DNA from: an uncultured Veillonellaceae bacterium | GTDB taxonomy: Bacteria; Bacillota; Negativicutes; JARBTT01 | Assembly (NCBI GenBank): GCA_963805085.1 | Contig: CAWDTA010000004.1 | Span: 1 to 64,000, forward strand | Length of the DNA stretch: 64,000 nt | Direction of reading: 5' to 3' | Shown: positions 10,400 to 20,229 of the stretch, piece after piece | Numbering within the stretch: the stretch's first letter is position 1 | Layout: the number at the start of each line of letters is the position of its first letter | The notes under the pieces: model-generated | What the model was told of the DNA's origin: nothing | Seen by the model: only the letters and a program-made list of their open reading frames with translations | Databases searched by the model: none | Program-made: the position numbers and the translations under genes

Positions 10400-11017
10400 T
10401 TATTCAGAAGATATCTGCCACAAATAAATAGAAGCAACAGACCCATACGGCGAGTATGTATTTTTATATTCAACAAACTGTTCTTGAGTAAGTTCGGAAA
10501 GGTTATATAATTTCATCATACCTCGTCTTATCGCGATATCTTTCCAACTTACAATGTTTGGCCGTTCCATTGAGTTGAGCAGTACCATTTCAGCTGTCCA
10601 TACACCAACTCCCTCCAAGGATGCTAGCCGACGAATGATTTCATCATCTGTCAAATGATAAAGTACGCTTATATCGAAATCTCTTTGTGATATTTTGTTT
10701 GCAATTTTATAAATATATTCAGCCTTGCGAGTTGTCGTACCACATTGTTGAACAGCTTGAGCTGAACCTTTCGAAATACTTTGCGGAGTAATTTCATTAA
10801 ATCGTTCTTGCATTCTGATCCAAATTGTATGAGCTGCTTTAACAGATATCTGTTGACCGATCATTGCGTAAATCAATGCTTGAAAAAGATCAGGGATAAC
10901 ACATCGTTCAACTTTGCCAAGTCTATGTATTGCTTCACCTAAAATTTTATCCACTTGTTTTAAATGAGAAATTTCTAGTGTACCATACTCAAAAATTTTG
11001 GTTTTAACATGCTGCAT
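10400..11017 (-). CDS. alkA: DNA-3-methyladenine glycosylase II (AlkA/HhH-GPD family)
   Basis: IGQQISVKAA and LEGVGVWTAEM HhH motifs. Confidence 0.82.
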   Translation of the reverse strand: MQHVKTKIFEYGTLEISHLKQVDKILGEAIHRLGKVERCVIPDLFQALIYAMIGQQISVKAAHTIWIRMQERFNEITPQSISKGSAQAVQQCGTTTRKAEYIYKIANKISQRDFDISVLYHLTDDEIIRRLASLEGVGVWTAEMVLLNSMERPNIVSWKDIAIRRGMMKLYNLSELTQEQFVEYKNTYSPYGSVASIYLWQISSE

Positions 11018-11474
11018 ATTTCTTTTCCAATTCTAAAAGCTTTTTCTTTACCTCTATTCCATTAATATACCCAACCAAACTGCCATCAACTCCTACGACA
11101 CGATGGCAAGGTATAAATATCGGAAGTGGGTTTTTATTATTAACCATCCCAACCGCACGATAGGCTTTGGGATTACCAATCTGCTTTGCTACATCCTTGT
11201 AACTACATATTTTTCCATAAGGGATCTCCTGTAATGTCTTCCATACCTTTTTTTGAAATTCTGTTCCTTGTGGTGAAAGTATTAAATCAAAGGATTTCCT
11301 ATTCCCACAAATATACTCTTGTAGCTGTAGGTTAGCTCCTTCTAATATACTCGTTTCCATTAATTTAACATCTTGATGGATGATTGTACCGAAGCATAAC
11401 CGTATAATCGCTGTACCATTTTCAACTAATCCTATTTTACCAATTGGAGTTTCATAATAATATGCATGATTCAC
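11004..11474 (-). CDS. ogt: Methylated-DNA--protein-cysteine methyltransferase
   Basis: IPCHRVV active site. Confidence 0.9.
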   Translation of the reverse strand: MNHAYYYETPIGKIGLVENGTAIIRLCFGTIIHQDVKLMETSILEGANLQLQEYICGNRKSFDLILSPQGTEFQKKVWKTLQEIPYGKICSYKDVAKQIGNPKAYRAVGMVNNKNPLPIFIPCHRVVGVDGSLVGYINGIEVKKKLLELEKKYAAC

Positions 11475-11594
11475 TCTGCCACCTCTTTATACATTGCTAT
11501 AGACCTAGTTTACTATACTGACTATTTATCGTCTTCCGAAAAATCACTTTCCAATTCAAAAAAACTATCTTTCAATTAAATTTATCAATTAACA

Positions 11595-11645
11595 GGCAAA
11601 ACTCCTGCTAAATTCATACAAAATTTAGCAGGAGTTTTGCTTTTT
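11595..11645. terminator. Hairpin AAAACTCCTGC..GCAGGAGTTTT, repeated at about 13093-13139
   Basis: Near-identical stem and AAATTCATACAAA loop in both copies. Confidence 0.7.
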
Positions 11646-11873
11646 ATTATTTATAAAACGTCGTTCACTATTTCATTAACCTGATCAATAAGAGGAAGAT
11701 TATATATATTAACTTCCTCTTGTCACTTGACTAGCACCTATTCTTTCCGTCTATTCATTGGAATTTTGATTAAAACTGTGACCAACTTGAAAAGTTTATT
11801 GAAATGCTCAAACATTTCAACGGTCATAAGTAAAAATACCACAAGAAATAAGTGAAGGTACAACTGGCAGGTA

Positions 11874-12206
11874 TCAGCTGCTGGTTGTACCTTCTGGATC
11901 GAAATATTTCCGATCAAACCTCATAAAATCCCGCTTTTTGGGTTTGATTCCCATCTCTAATAGTTCCTTGTCTAATCTCGCATAGGTAATGTCTCTATAC
12001 TCCTCAAAAGAAAAACCGTTAATTATTCCAGTGACATAACCAATCAGTGACAGATCATATATCGCAATTTTCTCTTGCCGTCTGACCAGCGCATATTCTT
12101 TGCTATTCAAATCTGTAATCAATTCAACTGTAATTTCAGCGTCCTCTAGTTCCGTAGCCGGAGCAGCTATAATCGTATCTTGCGTTGTTCTGTAGGTTCT
12201 ATACAT
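11874..12206 (-). CDS. Hypothetical protein
   Basis: ORF of 110-118 aa; likely start ATG 12206 after GAGG. No family recognised. Confidence 0.6.
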   Translation of the reverse strand: MYRTYRTTQDTIIAAPATELEDAEITVELITDLNSKEYALVRRQEKIAIYDLSLIGYVTGIINGFSFEEYRDITYARLDKELLEMGIKPKKRDFMRFDRKYFDPEGTTSS

Positions 12207-12312
12207 TTCCAGAACCTCTATTTCTCCCATTGGTTGTGGCGAGGATGGCTCCCCGCCACATGCTGCTCAGCTGCCTTGACCACAACTTTTTACTGCCTTG
12301 TACTGATACCAA
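12199..12312 (-). CDS. Putative 37-aa leader ORF overlapping the start of the downstream gene
   Basis: GGAGG RBS, TTG start, and a stop overlapping the next ATG region (AATGTATAG). Confidence 0.35.
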   Translation of the reverse strand: MVSVQGSKKLWSRQLSSMWRGAILATTNGRNRGSGNV

Positions 12313-12562
12313 TTTATATCCCTCCATCATCATCCTGCACGTGGTTTCTTCTATCCGCTCATGCAGATAGAAAAAACCAACATACAGTTTGTTTCAGGAG
12401 AAATTAAAAAAGCGCATGCGAGGTTATTCCAACCTACACATGCGCTATGCTTCATCTTGATTGCATGCAGACGCTAAGCCTTCTGCCAAAACTTCAATCG
12501 TATTATACCAGGCGAACGGACTATCACCCTTGTAATCAAGGGAAAAGCACGGTATAATAAAT

Positions 12563-12657
12563 TGTCGTCGTAGACAGCTAGCTGTTACGTGTAGGTGCCA
12601 CAACACCTGCTCGTGCCTGTGAGTGTTCCAGCACTCTCAGGACACGGCGACTTTTTT
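12563..12657 (+). ncRNA. Structured sRNA resembling phage C4/CI antisense RNAs
   Basis: TTGTAA-17-TATAAT promoter at 12530-12558; closing stem GTCGTCGT/ACGGCGAC followed by T6; hairpins GGTGCCACAACACC and GAGTGTTCCAGCACTC. Confidence 0.65.
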
Positions 12658-12857
12658 AATTTCCACCTATTATTAGTATATTACATTTCTTGGGGATTGC
12701 AAGCAAAAGTAGGCTAAAACATGATTTTTTATTGTGAAAATTGTGTTTTTTTTTTGTTTTTTTAATTTATCACTAGGGTGGTAGGCTCTTTTTTGTTATG
12801 GTAATGTTTGCAAAAATCTGCTAATAAAAATTAATAATTTTTGATAAAAGCAATATG

Positions 12858-12903
12858 GACGAATCGCAAGGAAGTTTTGAGCCTTCCTTGCGATTCGTCT
12901 TTT
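12858..12903 (+). terminator. Intrinsic terminator-like hairpin
   Basis: GACGAATCGCAAGGAAG..CTTCCTTGCGATTCGTC followed by TTTT. Confidence 0.65.
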
Positions 12904-12951
12904 ACTGATTTGTCGATTTTATTGATAACTTAGCTTTTTTAGCATAAATTT

Positions 12952-12981
12952 GTAGACAAAAGTACGCGTCACCCTGTCTAC
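12952..12981 (+). repeat. REP-like site (best-preserved copy)
   Basis: GTAGACAAAAGTACGCGTCACCCTGTCTAC, with a 7-bp terminal stem and 5' GTAG. Confidence 0.8.
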
Positions 12982-13265
12982 CAGTGATTCCATCTTGTTG
13001 CTTTTTCCTAAGACAGTACCCCCGACACTTCGCCCGCCTCAACCTGCCATCAAAATTTTGACTATTAAACCTATATATTCTCATAAACGCTCAAAACTCC
13101 TGCCAAATTCATACAAATTCCAGCAGGAGTTTCTTTTTTGATCATACTATTGATCGACACGTTACTATTTATCCTTGCACTATTTTGACATTATTTGTTA
13201 TAATGCAAATAGGTGCTACGATAACGGTAGGCGGCTTACCTTCCCCACAGAAATGGGGTGAGCAT

Positions 13266-13337
13266 ATGGGAACTCTGGAGCTTTATGTATTACTAATACT
13301 TGCTACAGGTTACATTATCGCAATAAAAAAGAGATAA
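13266..13337 (+). CDS. Type I toxin peptide, copy 1 (MGTLELYVLLILATGYIIAIKKR)
   Basis: 23-aa hydrophobic peptide with a basic tail; promoter TTGCAC-18-TATAAT at 13175-13204; SD held in a CCCCA/TGGGG hairpin. Confidence 0.8.
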   Translation: MGTLELYVLLILATGYIIAIKKR

Positions 13338-13431
13338 CCGCCCCAATCCTGCAAGATTTAGCGGTTAAACTCTTTTGAATTAATCTCTATATTTTTGTCA
13401 GGTGAACCGTCTATCGGTAGCACCTTTTATA
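13325..13431 (-). ncRNA. Antisense antitoxin RNA, copy 1
   Basis: Minus-strand TTGACA-17-TATGAT promoter (13466-13438) and a TAACCGC..GCGGTTA terminator with a T-tract. Confidence 0.75.
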
Positions 13432-13498
13432 TTGTTTATCATAAACCAAATGTTATACATTGTCAACAGCTGGAAGCAAACGCTTGACAGGCAAAAGT

Positions 13499-13770
13499 GG
13501 CAAGCAGCCCGAGAGATTCTCGCCCTCAGGCTCTCTCAGGGCCGGACTTGAACCTCTCGATTCATCCGGCTCCCATCATCCAACCGTTGGAAAAATTCCA
13601 GACGGTTTTGTTTTGCTCATAGGCTCCTCCCTATCGGTTGACCAGTGTTCAAGACTAGATAACACAGTCCCTTTGCTCCATTCCCATTACGAATTTTCAT
13701 TACTACTACGAACTGTTCCATCCCTATACCCTGCATCTGTACTTTCGTCCTTGCGGGTTCTCCTTTTATA
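13499..13770 (-). mobile_element. Group II intron 3' half with the RT ORF deleted
   Basis: GTTCGTAGTAGTAATGAA..GTAATGGGAATGGAGCAAAGG, then GGGAGGAGCCTATGAGCAAAACAAAACCG (start of the RT ORF) joined to D5 GAGCCGGATGAATCGAGAGGTTCAAGTCCGG and D6. Confidence 0.85.
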
Positions 13771-13997
13771 ACCTGTCCCCATGTAATTCTATTATAGAAT
13801 ATCCAAGATACAGAGATTTTTTCACACACCCTCTGCACCACTAGTTCTTAAGGGGGACTAGGTTACAGCTTGCGTAGTTTTTTATTAGCAGCTGGCATTA
13901 TCATTCTGTTATAGCCGATTGTAATAGGAATAAATTGCGGTCATCGCCTTTGGGTTTATACTATTGGTCAACGTATTAAAATTTATATATCGTTAAA

Positions 13998-15896
13998 TCA
14001 ATAATCAGTATCACTGGTTGATGCAAATGGTATTGTTAAAGCACTTCGAATCATGACTTCAAATGGAGCTGCAGGTGCACCAGTAATGTCTCTAATAAAT
14101 GGTTTAGGTGCATTCTCCCAGTTGTATCTAATTCGTGCACCTCTTGTAATAGTGCATCCAAATGGTAATTCAACACTGATTTCATTTTCATTTACTGTAT
14201 ACGTCAATAATTTTATTGAACGAGTATCATCAATTAATTCAAAGAAACCATTTGCATTGCCAGATAACGTTACTCCAAAAGTCTGGAACTTAATAACTAT
14301 TTGATTTTTCATTTGATATGCATATATTGCTAAAGGCCCATTACAATATCCGTTATGATAGCCATTTATATTTTTAAACGCTTTTGCTAATGCAATCGCA
14401 ACATCTTTTTTCCGTGTTGGATGTAAGTCATCATCTTCGCCCATTTCAAGAGAAACAATCATTGCGGTATCGTTTATCAATAATCCTTTTTTTTGTTCTT
14501 CTCTTAATCGTGCCCAATCATGCTCAGGGTCAATGTCATAATTCGGAAGTTGGACAAAAAGAAATGGAAGGTATGGTTGATTAAATATTTTACGCCATTC
14601 TTGAATCATATTCGTAAATATTGATCCATAATATTCTGGATTTCCAGTGTCGCTTTCACCTTGGTACCATAAAATGCCTGTCAATGGAATTCGTCTAAGA
14701 GGATGTATCATTCCGTTAAATAAACCAATTGGTTTGTATTGAAGAAATAGCTGTGACTTTCTCTCCGGAAGCCAGCTCCCACGCTTAATTGCCCATAAGC
14801 CGAGAGTATCAACATCTAGAATTTCATCTTTGGTAACGATTAAATGCTGCTTGGTTTTTCTGATACCTCCTGGGGAATTATAAATTTTTAAACGGATTAC
14901 CATTTCAAATTCTTTTTTTAGTATTCCCAATGGATAGTTACGTGGTAGATACTGATGATCTGTTGATCCTATTTTTTTACCATTTATAAAAATATCATCA
15001 CTATCAATAAGTGTGCCGAAACGAAGTTCTCCTTCATAACCAACCATTGAATTTGGAATAGTTATTCGTTTTCTCAACCATATTACTCCTGGTGTACAAT
15101 ATTTATTAGGCCATGCTTGATTGAGCTTAACATGATCCCAAGAAGTATCATCAAATTCAGTATGCATCCAACATTCCGAAAGCCCGTCATCAACTTTTTC
15201 ACAATAATTTTGATATTGTTGCTGATAAATAGTATCGTTTTTTTCAATTAATTCAATATAACTATCATTTCTTAAACAATCAAAATTATTCGGCAAAAGA
15301 CCTAAATTTAATAATGTTTCGTGACTAACCCAACTTTTAATAGGTGAGCCACCAACTGCTGTCGACACTAATCCGATTGGTATATGCTTTTCTTTATACT
15401 GCTGTTTTGCAAAAAAATATCCTATACCTGAAAGTGTTTCTAAATCTTTTCCAATAGCGCTTTTCCATTGTCCGCCAGTTAATTCGTTCTGAGGTTTTTT
15501 AAAATCAAATTGTTCTGGAACTTCAAAAAAATGAATTAAAGAATTATCAGCTTGAGTGATTTCGTTTGGATATTCGGCTCTTAATTGGTTCATGCATAAT
15601 TCCATATTAGATTGACCACCCAAAAGCCAAACGTCGCCAAACAAGATATTACGAATCGTTATTTCTTCTTTGGCTGTAAAAATTTTGATGTCAACAGGTC
15701 CGCCTGCTTTATGCGGTGGAAGAGTAAATTCAAAATATCCTGTGATGCATTCTGCCTGTACAGCCAATGTAGTGTTTTCATAAGAAATTTCAACTCGATT
15801 ATTAGGCAGTGCATATCCCCAAAAGCTGATTGGCTTATTTTGCTGCAAAATAGCACCATCGCGTAATAAATATGGAATGAATAATGCTTTTGACAT
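13998..15896 (-). CDS. Sialate O-acetylesterase family (SASA) carbohydrate esterase
   Basis: GDVWLLGGQSNME, GILWYQGESD and DLHP motifs. Confidence 0.88.
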   Translation of the reverse strand: MSKALFIPYLLRDGAILQQNKPISFWGYALPNNRVEISYENTTLAVQAECITGYFEFTLPPHKAGGPVDIKIFTAKEEITIRNILFGDVWLLGGQSNMELCMNQLRAEYPNEITQADNSLIHFFEVPEQFDFKKPQNELTGGQWKSAIGKDLETLSGIGYFFAKQQYKEKHIPIGLVSTAVGGSPIKSWVSHETLLNLGLLPNNFDCLRNDSYIELIEKNDTIYQQQYQNYCEKVDDGLSECWMHTEFDDTSWDHVKLNQAWPNKYCTPGVIWLRKRITIPNSMVGYEGELRFGTLIDSDDIFINGKKIGSTDHQYLPRNYPLGILKKEFEMVIRLKIYNSPGGIRKTKQHLIVTKDEILDVDTLGLWAIKRGSWLPERKSQLFLQYKPIGLFNGMIHPLRRIPLTGILWYQGESDTGNPEYYGSIFTNMIQEWRKIFNQPYLPFLFVQLPNYDIDPEHDWARLREEQKKGLLINDTAMIVSLEMGEDDDLHPTRKKDVAIALAKAFKNINGYHNGYCNGPLAIYAYQMKNQIVIKFQTFGVTLSGNANGFFELIDDTRSIKLLTYTVNENEISVELPFGCTITRGARIRYNWENAPKPFIRDITGAPAAPFEVMIRSALTIPFASTSDTDY

Positions 15897-16040
15897 GATT
15901 ATCTTCTCCTTATTCAAACTTCTTAATATTATTTATTATATTTTATGTATGGCAATATATATTGAATAACCGATCTTTAAATATACCCACATACTAAATT
16001 AGAAAGTCACATTCTATACGATACATATTATTTATTTCAT

Positions 16041-16380
16041 TTATGTAAGTCTGAACAGATACGCATTGGCAGTTTTGCTCGTAATTTTAGATGTCATAAA
16101 CGCATTTGAATTGGATTTGGCATATACCAAATTGAAATATAAGTTTTCAGCTACAGTCGTACCTAATCCGATTGTATAGTAGTCTACGTAGTCACTAGGC
16201 AGTTGATGCTCTAGTACGTTTCCTCCAATACGATAATAGCCCAGTTGCAATTCGGTTGTTTTGCTTAGAGGAGCATCAATTACTAAAGACTGGTTGTTTT
16301 GCGATTGTTACTGTGCTGGTATTGTCATAGGTAGAAGTCGCTTTGCTAGCCTCCAAAGTTGCTTTTACTTTTTTAAATTT
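16041..16380 (-). pseudogene. Possible outer-membrane porin remnant
   Basis: Amphipathic beta-strand pattern (LQLGYY, YYTIGLG, LYFNLVY, AYLFRL) broken by frameshifts. Confidence 0.35.
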
Positions 16381-16428
16381 TTTATAATACTGCGATACGA
16401 AAAATGATAGGTGTTTAATTGCTATTGT

Positions 16429-16586
16429 AAACGTGCTCGGACACATTTATTATACGTTATAATAATACAGATTTTATTCAGCGTCAATAGTCATTTTCAG
16501 ATTTGCGAAAAGATTAAGAAAATTTGTTATTGACAAAAAAATCTAATAATGTTATTTTTATGCTAAGATTGATGTGCTTGAGCACA
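16429..16586. promoter_or_regulatory. Divergent sigma-A promoters with two related palindromic operators
   Basis: Rightward TTGACA-17-TATTTT (16530-16558) and leftward TTGACG-17-TATTAT; operators CGTGCTCGGACACA (16432-16445) and TGTGCTTGAGCACA (16573-16586). Confidence 0.6.
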
Positions 16587-16828
16587 ATTAATGTATGAGG
16601 AGCGTGTGAAAATGTTAATGGTTTAAAAATTTGATAGCTCTGCTATCTGCGAAGGATTCCATTATGGTAATGCAACATGTCTAAAGGTGTTGTTCAATAT
16701 ATTCCAGTATCGTGGAAGAGACAATGCCGTTTCTACACAAATAAAAGTTTATCCTATAAAAGCCTATTTGTATAAGGCAAAAATATAAATTTATTACTGG
16801 TAATTTATATAATTAGGAGGCACAAAGA

Positions 16829-18280
16829 ATGAATGTAGATATTAGAAAAAAGGTTAATGGGCGAACTAAGATTAGTAAATATATTCAAGGACAATTTTCG
16901 GAACATTTGGGTCGCGGAATATATGAAGGTATTTGGGTTGGAAAGCACAGTAAGATTTCAAACACAAATGGGATGCGTAATGATGTTGTTGCTGCATTGA
17001 AAAAAATTAATGTACCAGTGTTGAGATGGCCTGGAGGCAGCTTTGCTGATGAATACCATTGGGAAGATGGTATCGGTCCTAATGATCAGAGACGTAAAAT
17101 TGTTAATCATAGTTGGGGCGGTGTTGTAGAAGATAATTCCTTTGGAACACATGAGTATTTTGAACTTTGCCGACAACTTGGGTGCGATTCTTATGTTAAT
17201 GTAAACCTTGGAAGCGGTACTATACGGGAAATGTCTGATTGGATTGAATATATGACATCTTCAGGCGAATCAACTATGGCACAATTGAGGGCAAAAAATG
17301 GTCATCCGGCTCCTTGGAAAGTTAAATTTTTAGGTATGGGCAATGAAGCATGGCTCGGTGGTGGAAGCATGCGGCCTGAATATTATGCTGATGTTTACCG
17401 TAGATTTCAAACATATATTCCAGAATACAATGGCCCAATTTATAAAATAGCTAGCGGACCAAGTGTCGATGATTATCATTGGACAGATATTGTTATGAAA
17501 AATACAAGAGGATATTTAAATGGATTAAGTCTGCACCATTATGCCATGACAGATGTTTGGGAAAAGAAAGGCGAAGCGGTTGATTTTCAAAAGGATGAAT
17601 GGGGACGCATGTTATACAATGCACGCAGGATGGATGATTTAATTGCAAACCATTTGACGCATATGGGTCAGTATGATCCGAATCATACGACTGACTTGAT
17701 TGTAGATGAATGGGGAACATGGTTAAAGGCTGAAAAAGGGACTAATCCAGCTTTTTTATATCAACAAAATACAATTAGAGATGCAATTGTAGCTGCAACA
17801 ACACTCAATATTTTTAGCAAGTATGCTGAGCATATAAAAATGACTAATATAGCACAAATGGTTAACGTATTGCAGGCAATGATTATTACATATGAGGATC
17901 AAATGGTTTTAACTCCAACTTATTATGTTTTTGATATGTATAAATATCATCAAGATGCAATATTGGTTGATGCATTTAGTAATAATGGAGAGGATATAAA
18001 TTACACTATCTCAATGAAAAATAACGAATATATCATTTCTGTTTGCAATACTAGTATAGTTGAGGAACATAATATAACAATAACATTTGGGAACAGTATT
18101 CAAAGTCCAACATATTCAAAATGGATTCATAGTAATATTATGAATAAACATAATACATTTGATAATCCAAATAATATTTTTGAAGAAGATTTTAATCATT
18201 TTACAGTTAAGGATACCGAATTATTTATTCGTAGTGATAAAATGAGTGTGATCACTATAAAAATACCAATTACTGCATAG
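16829..18280 (+). CDS. abfA: GH51 alpha-L-arabinofuranosidase
   Basis: GQFSEHLGRGIYEG, LRWPGGSFAD, GNE and VDEWGTW motifs. Confidence 0.92.
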   Translation: MNVDIRKKVNGRTKISKYIQGQFSEHLGRGIYEGIWVGKHSKISNTNGMRNDVVAALKKINVPVLRWPGGSFADEYHWEDGIGPNDQRRKIVNHSWGGVVEDNSFGTHEYFELCRQLGCDSYVNVNLGSGTIREMSDWIEYMTSSGESTMAQLRAKNGHPAPWKVKFLGMGNEAWLGGGSMRPEYYADVYRRFQTYIPEYNGPIYKIASGPSVDDYHWTDIVMKNTRGYLNGLSLHHYAMTDVWEKKGEAVDFQKDEWGRMLYNARRMDDLIANHLTHMGQYDPNHTTDLIVDEWGTWLKAEKGTNPAFLYQQNTIRDAIVAATTLNIFSKYAEHIKMTNIAQMVNVLQAMIITYEDQMVLTPTYYVFDMYKYHQDAILVDAFSNNGEDINYTISMKNNEYIISVCNTSIVEEHNITITFGNSIQSPTYSKWIHSNIMNKHNTFDNPNNIFEEDFNHFTVKDTELFIRSDKMSVITIKIPITA

Positions 18281-18340
18281 GCAATAATGGCATTGCTGGA
18301 TGGATATGATGTTTTTTTGATAATATTGGGAGGAATAAAA

Positions 18341-19732
18341 GTGAAAACTAGTGTAGAAGTTTCACAATTGTTTAATGTTCAAAAACTTCATTTTAGTGAA
18401 AAATTAGGTTACGGTATTGGAGTTAGTGCAGTTAATCTTATATATAATGTCATAAGCACGTACTTACTGTTTTTTTATACTAACGTTTATGGCTTAAAAC
18501 CTGCAGATGCAGCAACAATGTTTTTGTTTGTCAGAATTATTGATGCTGTCGCAAGTCCGATTTATGGAACGTGGGTAGATAAAAGAACTACAAAGTATGG
18601 AAAATATAGGGGCTACTTATTGTATTTGTCAATTCCTTATGCAGTTCTGTCAATTTTGTGTTTTTATTCTCCGGATGCTAGTTATGCTATTAAATTAGTT
18701 TATGCCTATTCAACTTACATAGGATTATCGTTGCTTAATACTTTCTTGTCACCACTAGGGGCTATGCCAGCGGCAATGACAAGAGACAATAATGAAATTG
18801 CAGAAGTTAATGCATATGGTATTTTTTGTTCTAATGTAGGCGGTATGCTAATTTCATTTGGAGTTCCACTTTTAGTTACGCAGATTTCAGGAGCTTATAC
18901 TGGTGCTGATGCTCAAAGTGGATGGTTTTTTACAATGAGCATATTTGCAATAGTTGGACTAATCGGATTATTGCTGGGTTTTAAGCTTTTAGAGGAACAT
19001 TATTATATGTCTATTGAAGCAACACAATCTGTATCATTTAAGGATATTTTCGTACAAATACATGAAAATAAACCATTTGCTATTCTTTTGATCTATTTAG
19101 TGATTGCTTTCATATTTATGACAATTGTCAATTCTGTTGGCTCATACTATGTTACTTACAACATGAATAAACCGTATTTATTAAAATATTTCAATTTATT
19201 GGCAACATTACCATCTTTTATATTAGTGCCACTGTTCCCGTGGTTTAAACGTCGTCTGGGTAGAAAAGGGCTTATGTTGGGTTTTAGTGTAGTGCTGATT
19301 TTAGGTTTAGTAATTATGTATATGAGCAACCCAGAAAATATCCCTTTAGTAATGGTTGGTAAATTATTAACTTCAGTTGGAATGATTGTCATAACTGGAT
19401 ATATGTGGGCCTTTCAAACAGAAGCTGTTAACTATGGTGAATGGAAGACTGGAAAACGGGAAAATGCAATTATTAGTTCAGTTTGTTCATTTACTGTAGC
19501 AGCGGGAATGGCTATTGGCGGAGTAATTCCAGGGTACATTTTAAATTGGATCGGTTTTGACGCTAGCATTGCAATGCAATCGGCTACAACTTTGCAAGGG
19601 ATTACAATGATGCAGTCGATTATACCAACGATATTCATCATACTTGGCATGATTGTTTTTGCTTTTTATCCGATAACAGATCAAAGTATGAATCAAATGA
19701 GTAAGGAAATTGATGACCGTAGGGCGAGATGA
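18341..19732 (+). CDS. MFS glycoside-pentoside-hexuronide:cation symporter
   Basis: DKRTTKYGKYRGYLL and YGEWKTGKRE motifs; GTG start after GGAGG. Confidence 0.9.
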   Translation: MKTSVEVSQLFNVQKLHFSEKLGYGIGVSAVNLIYNVISTYLLFFYTNVYGLKPADAATMFLFVRIIDAVASPIYGTWVDKRTTKYGKYRGYLLYLSIPYAVLSILCFYSPDASYAIKLVYAYSTYIGLSLLNTFLSPLGAMPAAMTRDNNEIAEVNAYGIFCSNVGGMLISFGVPLLVTQISGAYTGADAQSGWFFTMSIFAIVGLIGLLLGFKLLEEHYYMSIEATQSVSFKDIFVQIHENKPFAILLIYLVIAFIFMTIVNSVGSYYVTYNMNKPYLLKYFNLLATLPSFILVPLFPWFKRRLGRKGLMLGFSVVLILGLVIMYMSNPENIPLVMVGKLLTSVGMIVITGYMWAFQTEAVNYGEWKTGKRENAIISSVCSFTVAAGMAIGGVIPGYILNWIGFDASIAMQSATTLQGITMMQSIIPTIFIILGMIVFAFYPITDQSMNQMSKEIDDRRAR

Positions 19733-19741
19733 GTTATAAAA

Positions 19742-19775
19742 ACAGGGCTGGAAATTCGATTTCCAGCCCTATTTT
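19742..19775 (+). terminator. Intrinsic terminator
   Basis: AGGGCTGGAAAT-TCG-ATTTCCAGCCCT followed by ATTTT. Confidence 0.75.
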
Positions 19776-19829
19776 AAAATTGGAGGAACTTATTTGTGGA
19801 ATATCAAATAACATATACGAACCCAATTA

Positions 19830-20101
19830 TACAGGGGCTCTATCCAGATCCGTCCATTTGTTTTGTTGGTAAATATTTCTACCTTGCGGGTTGCTTCCAA
19901 GTTTATTCGTCTCCATTGGCACTTACCTGATGAAATCTCGTTCCACCTTTTCCCGTAACGCTCACTACCATGGCTTTTGACCACAACAACTTACGGTGGT
20001 TTGAAGCCTCCACCTGTATGGCGACTTCGGAGGGCCTTCTTCCATATTTAGTTAAGCATAGGGTGTGGACGCTAAAACATTCACACTCTTTCGTGGCACA
20101 C
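19830..20101 (-). mobile_element. Group II intron 5' part (domain I)
   Basis: Begins GTGTGCCACGAAAG and contains GGCCCTCCGAAG..CTTCAAACCACCG..GGTCAAAAGC..GTAGTGAGCGTTACGG..AAAGGTGGAACGAGATTTC, which I recall from bacterial class D/E-like introns. Confidence 0.8.
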
Positions 20102-20229
20102 ACGCGTCATCTTGTCTAATTAACAATTCCATTTTATTTTACTTCACTTAATTTTCCATATATTTAAAAACAAAAAAAATCCGACACCGATACATTTTAT
20201 TGTACCAGTGCCGATTTTTATCATTTAAG

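Noticed and set aside
13460-13841. ORFs 13460-13771 and 13617-13841
   Set aside because: They overlap structured intron RNA and have no recognisable protein features.
19790-20103. ORFs 19790-19984 and 19903-20103
   Set aside because: Chance frames within intron domain I.
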